A stretch of DNA of 64,000 nt from Diplonema japonicum (lineage: Eukaryota; Protista; Euglenozoa: Diplonemea), in NCBI GenBank assembly GCA_964019335.1, contig OZ025649.1, positions 868,001 to 932,000 of the forward strand, in the 5' to 3' direction. Both the position numbers and the translations under genes were made by a program. This document shows, in pieces, positions 57,101 to 64,000 of the stretch; within the stretch, counting starts at the first letter, position 1; every line of letters begins with the position of its first letter. The notes beneath the pieces are model-generated. The model made no database searches and was not told the origin of the DNA. It saw only the letters and a program-made list of their open reading frames with translations.

Positions 57101-57312
57101 TCACATCAGACAGGGCGAAGCACTCTGGCCTGCAGACGGGTGATGTCATCACTGCCGTGAACAACGTGGTTGTCTCTGATAAGACGCAGTACGTGGGGCG
57201 TGTGAAGATGACCGTTCCGGGCGACGTGGTCACCATTTCGTTCACACGTAACGGGGTGAAGGCGAAGACCATCCGCATGGCCATGGGCGAGATGGAGAGG
57301 AGTGTTAGGTAA
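54187..57312 (+). CDS. WD40 propeller + 36-aa helical repeats + coiled coil + C-terminal PDZ-like domain (cytoskeletal scaffold)
   Basis: GHQLAVRCL..LYSGGDEGVIR and VWSGGVDGVIRLW (WD40). SGLQTGDVITAVN...PGDVV...R (PDZ). ATG 54187 follows a pyrimidine tract and ACACAG. Confidence 0.85.
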   Translation: MAFMSEVTHGKLVGKYTATPDGIGGEHMTYTADTERSSVIGEGIVGCGSFNAQVRCCAPFGSASSIRQATCWTGESDGSLTIRQAWSGEVVNNVERKAGVFVTCLKHSGNMMYAGMSDGYLRAFESSPSGDDYTLMSEARKHTGDILCIETVGSNIFTGARDWQVFVWRWDDEVLRAVDQFAGHQLAVRCLAYADGYLYSGGDEGVIRCIHMETGKEIMTCESAVPGFPIGQNKGGIKSLCVVDNVFFSGDEENINVWEAKTGNHLRLLLKSEGAVLTLMKDPCGNRVWSGGVDGVIRLWSAVDFTLLCSLNDHNGSFVRGLVPLTRVSSTKAWTINKDGELQLWYTESDCSEFVETTSREERRLTTTIMNLRESIVNNYAKLEGHKQDLKKSESLEASRKKALAEAFFRSGNVCLNRKYFGKLMSMLQARKRQKKSAILCNALHTSTGQERRAVYYGKLAKFAKQRADYKKNQKFAECILSNTEKTLQIVYYRKLKEYTRRATLKHKKEALAASLQRNTTGGLQRSTLFKWMRWDQKRRHTKKRRTISHAMFRHTKNGLLFIYYAKLVAYYKREREEVRKGTLTDTLLRTLYRSMRHAYYMKWLKWFKRKSDAGRRKRVAHILMRTTCHGTLRLYWSKWMEWRLSGMHRALESKYDEMQKNVKKLELKLKAAKFVTEEDLRKQVSDLDNEAAKLEKELEMLEGKADSLEDECQKLDMEANGFLHHDPSQPIQEQLVHVCAYLKARGVSCRHDIRTISDTTGKKERGVPVFTNGLSRLKKALVQAGCTKSSHHWGCTSDRIKQLERKYLQESHKGIKEIIIGVDQMRYYKSTFPVDLCQEVLDNIHVLYEVVTRIYGDRMAHDMNDLRVAQKMRENDPYATQHGKLINDKKSNTFLERQARSKEGSLREKVRSKESNPPVPRRSGTPTPRAGSTEPSEPATARSLISPPMSSRSARPSPGFKVGDNLRVIAITSDRAKHSGLQTGDVITAVNNVVVSDKTQYVGRVKMTVPGDVVTISFTRNGVKAKTIRMAMGEMERSVR

Positions 57313-57551
57313 GTGTCCTTAGTTTTTGTTATGTTCTACCCTTTCCCTTCTTTGTACCACCCTACTGCACCCCCCCCCCCCCCCCCCCCTCCCCCCCTTG
57401 TAGTGTTGAGCAACGTGTTGTGCGGCTAGTTGGGGCTGCTTAGTGTCGGCGTTGGGAGTGCCTTTTACTTTTTTTTCTTACCCTTTTTGTTATCTGTTTT
57501 CTTATTGCCGTGTCTATTTCATCACAGGTTGCAGGAGGAACAGAGCAGAAG

Positions 57552-58729
57552 ATGTTGCGTGGCTTTCTTGCGACTGTGTTGCTGGTTACCGAGGTTCTTG
57601 GCGCAGCGAACGTCGGTGCAACGAACAAGTGCTTCTTTGCTTTTAGAAGCAGTGAGGGTCTGCACACCGTCCCCGTCCATGGCGGGCCTGTGAAAAAGTT
57701 GACTGGAACAACTGAAATAACATTTACTAGTGGGCTTGCTGTGGACGGGTTCAGGGGTATTGTGCTGTGGAATGAGGAGAATAAGGTATGCTGTGCATAG
57801 CCAGCGGGACAATGACAGATATTCAAAATAAATACTGACGGCACGGGCAAGGTTCTGCTCCTCAATGCAGAGCTTCAGAAGGGTGCTAGAATGCTCCCCA
57901 AGCTCGTCCACGGTCTGACGCTCAAGACGGAGGACCACCTGGCGTTCGGTTCGATACATGACGACAAGGGGTATGCGCCACGCACGCTGCATTTCACACA
58001 GGGGCTTCCGTGTATTCGCTTTCGACTACTTGTCCAGCAACCCTGTCATGGAGTGGTCGTGGTGCCACACATCAACATGCGCCGTGAGGTCCACGCTGCC
58101 CGTGGGTGGCTCTCTCGCGGCTGTCGGCGATAAGGTATGCTCCCCAACGGCAACATATTTCTAGGTTTTCATTTCGAGTGGTGCTTTGAGCCAGCGTGCT
58201 CACGGCATGGGCGGTTGCTCTATGAGGTGGTGGGACAGCACCACCAGCGACATGCTTGAAAGCGTCATCCAGAGGAACAGAGAGAAGGACGAGGGCATGT
58301 TTTCGGGTGAGATGGGTGGACTTGTTGTGGACGAGGCGCAGTCGAAGCTGTACTTCACGGAGTCTACCCCCTCGAATACCAACATCTGGGTCAGTGATCT
58401 GGAGGGGACTTACACTTCGAAGGTTCTCACCTGGCTCCCACCGCACAGGTCATGGTCTCGCAGGGTGCAAGGCGTTCCTTCCTCTAGCATCGCTTGTATT
58501 GGATCTGGCACGCTTGCCGTTGCGAACGGCACGCACATCCTGAAGGTGGATCTTTCGACCCCCGACACCTTCACGCACGTTCTGTATTCCGCGCCAAGCG
58601 AAGAGGTATGCTTGTGCGAGTGTTTTAATTCTACAGGAGGAGCATGTTTCGCCCATCGCACATTACTGCGAGGGCTTCCACACCGGAGGCAGGTTTCCCA
58701 CTCCGCCCCCCGTCCACGACGAGCTTTGA
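57552..58729 (+). CDS. Secretory-pathway beta-propeller (YWTD/LDLR-B-like) protein ending HDEL; introns 57786..57818, 57971..58001, 58135..58164, 58606..58636
   Basis: Signal peptide, GLAVD..IFKINTDGTG, and LVVD..KLYFTE..IWVSDLEG. Four GTATGC introns of 30-33 nt link four ORF fragments. The spliced end is PTPPPVHDEL*. Confidence 0.8.
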
Positions 58730-59585
58730 TGCCCGCTCGCAGCGGAGGTTGGACCTCGCGCCTTGGGGTGCGGCACGTGCACGCCCTTCCTGCTCTTACC
58801 TTTTTGTACCTGTTGTATAGCCTCCTATAGCCTACCCACTTTCATTTCTCCTTTACTCTTTATAACTCCCGCAAAGGACTGGCCCCGTCAGGGGCCCCAT
58901 TCGTCCGAGGGACTGTGTTTCTGAAGGAGAGACACGGTCGTCCAGCCCTCCCTTCCCACCTTTTTAGGTGAACCTCACAATGGGTGCATGCCTGAAAGTT
59001 AGCATCATAGAACGAACGATAGAAGCTATCACAAGGTGCCTTATAACAGGACTATGCGCTTGACTTCAAGCCGCAGCACTGCAAGGCTTACAGGCTTGGC
59101 TCAGGCATTTTCCCTTCTCCTCTTTGAACAGAAGAGCCTGGTTTCTTTTTTCTCTTTTTATATTTTTACACAAGGGAAGGTAGGAAGAGCGAGTTGTGCA
59201 CGGAGGCTGTTTTTTTATTTAAATTATTCTTTTGCCCTTTTCTTTTCTTTTCCCATTGGTGGTGCACGTTACGATCCGATGTCTTCGAAAAAGAAGTATC
59301 TCATAAAGAGAGGTACAAGGAAGGGGCGGAGAGGAACACGATAAGACCCCTTCCATTTCGTTTATTTTTGTTATCCCCCTCCCCATTCTCTTTGTTCTCC
59401 CTTCGTACCTTTTTTTAACTCCTTTTTTTTAACCATAAGATCGAAAAAGAAGAAAACGGGCTCTGGTCTGGGCCGCTCAAGTGAGGCGAAGGAAAAGTGT
59501 TACTTTCTTTCTCTTGTAAAAGGCGGTTTATACAGATTCTCTAGGTTACTCACACATTACACTTAACACTTAACACTACCAAATA

Positions 59586-59892
59586 ATGTCCACAGTAAAG
59601 ACCCTTTACGGTGCTGACTGGTGCCCGCACACCCAGAACGCGGTCTCGGCTCTTGGTGGGTCGTACAAGGTATGGTCTTATGGTGCAGCATCATGTCCCA
59701 CAGGTCTCGGGAGGTGACTTTTCCTCCAAGAACCCAGCGAAGAAGGTGAGATACGTGAACTGCGCCGACAAGAGTAATGTTGCTGAATGCAATGCTCAGC
59801 ACATCACTGGGTACCCCACCTTTATGAATTGCACCGCTGGTGCGTGCACCCCGTCATCCAGCAACTTCGGTGTTTCGAACAGCCAGCTGTAG
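59586..59892 (+). CDS. 90-aa thioredoxin/glutaredoxin-fold protein, WCPHT motif, copy 1; intron 59670..59703
   Basis: Spliced: MSTVKTLYGADWCPHTQNAVSALGGSYK|VSGG...VRYVNC...C...ITGYPTF...SQL*. Confidence 0.85.
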
Positions 59893-60403
59893 GCATTAGC
59901 CCTCTCTTTACACGTACAATGGGGTTGGTTCGGGTCCTGGATACGACTCTAAACTGCATTATATTTTTACACAAGGGAAGGTAGGAAGAGCGAGTTGTGC
60001 ACGGAGGCTGTTTTTTTATTTAACTTATTCTTTTGTCCTTTTCTTTTCTTTTCCCATTGGTGGTGCACGTTACGATCCGATGTCTTCGAAAAAGAAGTAT
60101 CTCATAAAGAGAGGTACAAGGAAGGGGCGGAGAGGAACACGATAAGACCCCTTCCATTTCGTTTATTTTTGTTATCCCCCTCCCCATTTTTTTTTGTTCT
60201 CCCTTCGTACCTTTTTTAACTCCTTTTTTTAACCACAAGATCGAAGAAGAAGAAGACGGGCTCTGGTCTGGGCCGCTCGAGTGAAGAGGAACAGTTCGAG
60301 AGGAAGGCGAAGGAAGGGTGTTACTTTCTTTCTCTTGTAAAGGCGGTTTATACAGATTCTGCAGGTTACTCACATTACACTTAACACTTAACACTACCAA
60401 GTA

Positions 60404-60710
60404 ATGTCCACAGTAAAGACCCTTTACGGTGCTGACTGGTGCCCGCACACCCAGAACGCGGTCTCGGCTCTTGGTGGGTCGTACAAGGTATGGTCTTATG
60501 GTGCAGCATCATGTCCCACAGGTCTCGGGAGGTGACTTTTCCTCCAAGAACCCAGCGAAGAAGGTGAGATACGTGAACTGCGCCGACAAGAGTAATGTTG
60601 CTGAATGCAATGCTCAGCACATCACTGGGTACCCCACCTTCATGAATTGCACCGCTGGTGCGTGCACCCCGTCATCCAGCAACTTCGGTGTTTCGAACAG
60701 CCAGCTGTAG
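60404..60710 (+). CDS. 90-aa thioredoxin/glutaredoxin-fold protein, copy 2; intron 60488..60521
   Basis: Same protein as copy 1 (offset 818). Confidence 0.85.
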
Positions 60711-60816
60711 ACATTAGCCCTCTCTTTACACGTACGATGGTTGGTGGTTAGATTACACAGTTTCGGGTTTTGTTTCACTCTCGCTGACTTCGTAATATTT
60801 GGTTCTCAGGTTACAC

Positions 60817-61026
60817 ATGTTCGGCTTTCTTGGTGGTAGTACAGCCAACACCTGCAAGCCCAAGAAGGTGACATACAAGGGATGGAGGTTTAATGAAGAC
60901 CCAACAAAGGTGCCTCTTGCCAGTCCCAATGGGTCCATCAAGGTAGGGACTACGACAACGGGTATCACGGGCACGAAGATGATAAAGACGAATCTTGTTA
61001 CAAGTCAGAACCTAGTTACATGGTAA
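60817..61026 (+). CDS. Candidate 69-aa microprotein
   Basis: Has its own pyrimidine tract and CAG|GTTACAC ATG. Fills the gap between genes and is followed by a U-rich spacer. Confidence 0.5.
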   Translation: MFGFLGGSTANTCKPKKVTYKGWRFNEDPTKVPLASPNGSIKVGTTTTGITGTKMIKTNLVTSQNLVTW

Positions 61027-61098
61027 AGGATAGGGTGCTTTTTATTTGTTTTTATTTGTTTTTAGCTGCTACACTTTCACCACACTGCAGGGGGGAAC

Positions 61099-63033
61099 AT
61101 GGCAGAGAAGCCGCGCCGATCATGGTCCACCATACCTGAGGCCGAGGTCGCCGCACTGCTCAGCAACATCCCGCGCAGGTCACCTTGGATTGTGAAGTGG
61201 CAGCTTTTGGCAGAGTTCATACGTCCTTATGAGCCAGACTGGCGCGCTTACACCGAGAAGGGCAAATACAACGGCAGAGCAACATTAGAGGTCCATCCAC
61301 ACCTCAGCAAGCACGGGGGTCAGATCAAGATGACGGAAGGTCTGCTGAAGCTTGGTTTTGTGAGAGTGTCCGACGTAGGAAGCCAGTTCGTTCTAGACCA
61401 CAGGCAGGCGAAGGAGCGTATTGAGAGACTCAAACAGGAGAAGAGAAGAAAACAGGGCATATTGGGTACCATCTCTAAACGTGAGAAGCAGCACGTTACC
61501 TGGCACATACCAAAGGAGGAGCCCCTTCCTGCATGGTGGAACCCTGACAACAGTGAGGCTGCCTCGCTTCTGTCCGTGAGTGTAAGTGGTGAGGGTGCTT
61601 CGTTCTGTGGAACATCGACTAGTGGCGATGGTGATACATCAGAGTCGGCGCCGGCTCAGAGCGACGCGCAGGTCGCGGAGTTCCTCTCGTGTCAAGTGCG
61701 TGAGCTGACGAGGCAGGTGCGCATGTTACGCGCAGCTTCCTTGTCCAACACGCTGCCTGCCCCCGTGACACCTTTCATCATCAAAGCGAAGTACTCAGCA
61801 CCCACATCGGGGAACTATCCTGTCCGTCTTCAGGTGAACTACTTAAACCCTGACTCTGCTCCATACAGGGTTGCTATACAGCTGCAGTCCCTGAATGGGT
61901 GTGGGTGGTACTCTCCGCCGTGCTCCATCATGGACCACCAGTTCGTGGTCTTCTTATCCCCTCCCAACCCACCAGGCTCGTATCCTGTCACTCTCTGCGG
62001 CACCACCGAGACAGGGCAGCTTAAGAAGTATTGCACAGGAACGTGGCTCGAGTACAAGGCTGATGACCAATTCTTCGATCAGGCCAAGTCGGACTCTGGC
62101 AACAAGCCGTCGGGCAGCACCCAGTCGCCACCGTCGCCAAAGCATCAGAGGGTGGAGAAACAGGAGCGCCTGAGCTGCATAAAGGGGACGCGAAAGAGCA
62201 AGACTGATAGAAGAAGTTCTATCACCAGTGGTGCGTCTTCTGCTGCGCTGCGGTCTTGTGTTCGAGATTCTTCGCAAGGGATGGAAGGGGATAATAAGCA
62301 GGAGGTGACCCTAGCCCTGCCGAGTAAAAGGGAGGGTCTCACACATCATCAGATCAATGAGCTCAACGCTCTGAGTATTATGCCCGTGTGCCATAGGGAG
62401 ATGAGTGAGTGTCTTGACACCTTTGATCCAGCGAGCGACATGAAGTCACACTCAGAGATGAAGAGTGAGTTCACGTCGGACATTGCGGAGACAGAGGAGG
62501 ACAAAGACAAATATGATGAGGATGAGGAGGTGTGGCAAACAAGACAGTTCCGTGCCTTGCTTCCCAATCAGGACATCGATGAGATGGACCATCCCCCGCT
62601 AACGAAGGAGATGCTTGAACTGCTTACTCTGGGACATGGATGGGACAGGGAAGCGATCATGAGGTCCTGCACAACGAGATCTATCACTACACAGAAGACG
62701 CCCATATTGGTGCACTCAAAAGGGAGCAGGAGTAACGGAGGATCGACCATGAGGTCGATGTCTCCTGTGTTGCCTAGCAACCCCGCCATTGCAGTCGATG
62801 CTGCGTCTTCCCCTTCGGCGAAGTCGCTTCCCCTCCACGGAAAGGATCCTAGTCGCACCATCAGCGGCTCCTCCACATCGTCGTCCACATACAGCGGGAA
62901 CAAGCGCCCGTCGTTCGCCGACGCTGCTTACAACACACCACCGCCCTCAACACCACCCTCTTCGAGCTCCCCGCACTACCTCGACGGAAGGGACCGCTCG
63001 AATGATTCCACTGAGAAGAAGAAAATGAGCTGA
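61099..63033 (+). CDS. Hypothetical protein with a central Ig-like beta region and a Ser-rich disordered tail
   Basis: 644-aa ORF after TGCAG. No family recognised. Confidence 0.75.
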   Translation: MAEKPRRSWSTIPEAEVAALLSNIPRRSPWIVKWQLLAEFIRPYEPDWRAYTEKGKYNGRATLEVHPHLSKHGGQIKMTEGLLKLGFVRVSDVGSQFVLDHRQAKERIERLKQEKRRKQGILGTISKREKQHVTWHIPKEEPLPAWWNPDNSEAASLLSVSVSGEGASFCGTSTSGDGDTSESAPAQSDAQVAEFLSCQVRELTRQVRMLRAASLSNTLPAPVTPFIIKAKYSAPTSGNYPVRLQVNYLNPDSAPYRVAIQLQSLNGCGWYSPPCSIMDHQFVVFLSPPNPPGSYPVTLCGTTETGQLKKYCTGTWLEYKADDQFFDQAKSDSGNKPSGSTQSPPSPKHQRVEKQERLSCIKGTRKSKTDRRSSITSGASSAALRSCVRDSSQGMEGDNKQEVTLALPSKREGLTHHQINELNALSIMPVCHREMSECLDTFDPASDMKSHSEMKSEFTSDIAETEEDKDKYDEDEEVWQTRQFRALLPNQDIDEMDHPPLTKEMLELLTLGHGWDREAIMRSCTTRSITTQKTPILVHSKGSRSNGGSTMRSMSPVLPSNPAIAVDAASSPSAKSLPLHGKDPSRTISGSSTSSSTYSGNKRPSFADAAYNTPPPSTPPSSSSPHYLDGRDRSNDSTEKKKMS

Positions 63034-63212
63034 TACTTGCCAGCAGTTCTTTCAGCTTTAGCTGTTGTTTTATATATTTAGTAAGCATTGGTCGCACCGG
63101 TTGGCGGTCAGTGTCCATATTAATGTGCACCGCATGTCTTAGTGTCGCGGACAAGGTTCCTAGGTTTTTATTCTTATTCGTGGTTCGCATCGCTCTAATT
63201 ACACAGGTTGCA

Positions 63213-64000
63213 ATGTTGTTATTGAGGCGTGGTTCCCGGTGGGTAAGTGCGTGGAAGGAGGGCCTCCCCACAGTAGCTGAGGTGCAATGGAGCGCCGCCT
63301 ACGGAAAGACGGGCGGGGTTATGGAAGGTGTGGATGAGAGGCGGGGACGCAATATGGATACAGAAGAGCAGAGGGAACATCTAGAGTCAAGACGGAAGTT
63401 GGACCCACACTTCCGGGGAGGTAGTCAGCGATTCAAGAACTGGAGGAATGAGATGAAGGAACAGCAGAAGGAACAGGCCAGAGAGAGAGGCAGACATGCT
63501 GCCCCCTACACAGACGACCTCATTAAGTCAAAGATGGTGTCGGTTAGGAAGACTCGGCACACCACTGTTGATAGCAGTTTCCTGGACGGCATAGATGGTG
63601 TGAACCCCAGCAAGCAGGCGGTACAGGATGCCTTCATGAGGCTCAATGGTGTTGATCTGGCAACCTCTTCAGATGTGATTCACATCAGTAACCCTCCGTC
63701 GGTTGTGTTCCCCAACACCCGAGGAATGTTTCGAGGTGCCAAACGGGAGGAGATGAATAAGGTTGACTACTCGTTATCGGCGTCCTGGTACACGGGGGAA
63801 AGGACAGTGGTGTTGTTCACAGAGAACAACGGTGCAGGATATGCTTGGGCAAGGGCGTGTCCGGATGTTACGTTCATTTGCTTGTCGGATTTGGTGTCTG
63901 GGTACTTCAGGTCCGTTTCTAACGGGTGTGGGCAGGATGAGGTGCCGCCGGAGAACATGCGCTTCGTGCGTACTCATGCGCCTATGTACTTCCAGCTCGA
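63213..64000 (+). CDS. 5' part of a probably mitochondrial protein with a degenerate class I methyltransferase-like (TrmB-like) region
   Basis: Open frame from ATG 63213 (MLLLRRGSRW...) to the window end, absent from the ORF track because it has no stop. VVLFTENNGAG..WARACPDVTFI...ENMRFV resembles TrmB motif spacing. Confidence 0.6.
   Translation, partial: MLLLRRGSRWVSAWKEGLPTVAEVQWSAAYGKTGGVMEGVDERRGRNMDTEEQREHLESRRKLDPHFRGGSQRFKNWRNEMKEQQKEQARERGRHAAPYTDDLIKSKMVSVRKTRHTTVDSSFLDGIDGVNPSKQAVQDAFMRLNGVDLATSSDVIHISNPPSVVFPNTRGMFRGAKREEMNKVDYSLSASWYTGERTVVLFTENNGAGYAWARACPDVTFICLSDLVSGYFRSVSNGCGQDEVPPENMRFVRTHAPMYFQL

Larger units (their letters stand above)
59158..60740 (+). repeat. Tandem duplication, units 59158..59922 and 59959..60740
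   Basis: Near-identical ~0.77 kb units including non-coding DNA, with one ~20-nt indel near 60285..60305. Confidence 0.95.

Noticed and set aside
57309-57527. GTAAGT donor overlapping the WD40 stop, fusing to the next gene
   Set aside because: The join to the 57527 acceptor is out of frame with ATG 57552.
31-63977. Minus-strand and alternate-frame ORFs in the track
   Set aside because: They are shadows of GC-rich + strand CDSs or low-complexity tracts, and none has a recognisable domain.
1-64000. Alternative genetic code, non-canonical (non GT-AG) introns, or an SL RNA gene
   Set aside because: TAA, TAG and TGA all end genes, every frame break resolves with a GT-AG intron, and I saw no SL exon sequence.

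Overview
Eukaryotic nuclear DNA, most likely from a diplonemid-like euglenozoan (inferred, not database-checked). All ~33 supportable protein genes and one tRNA lie on the + strand in one head-to-tail array. Spacers are often only 50-125 nt, U-rich, and end in a (C/A)CAG just before the ATG, as expected for polycistronic transcription resolved by SL trans-splicing. Lineage markers are a paraflagellar-rod-domain protein and a DUF1935 calpain-like protein. Unlike trypanosomatids, the genes carry many very short cis-introns: I reconstructed 27, of which 21 are 30-38 nt and 23 start GTATG. Splicing them repairs the ORF track and exposes hidden features: a CaaX box (CSIM), an HDEL end, the PP6 YFL tail, the CacyBP SGS domain, and a duplicated 90-aa WCPHT thioredoxin-fold gene. 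Other recognisable genes are tandem membrane adenylate cyclases, an L-galactose-dehydrogenase-like AKR, a CLC, a GT4, SelO, a two-CSD protein, TYR1, SUV3, a Sel1 protein, an EF-hand protein, a Ubl-F-box-LRR-Ubl protein, a DOMON protein, an RRM/Zn-knuckle protein, a dienelactone hydrolase, RAD1 and a WD40/PDZ protein. The most unusual observations are the 3'-skewed mini-introns that gate C-terminal signals, a SelO gene whose stop lies beyond the next gene's splice acceptor, and a tRNA-Ala(UGC) with C33 placed 18 nt after a stop codon. All family calls are from motif recognition by eye.
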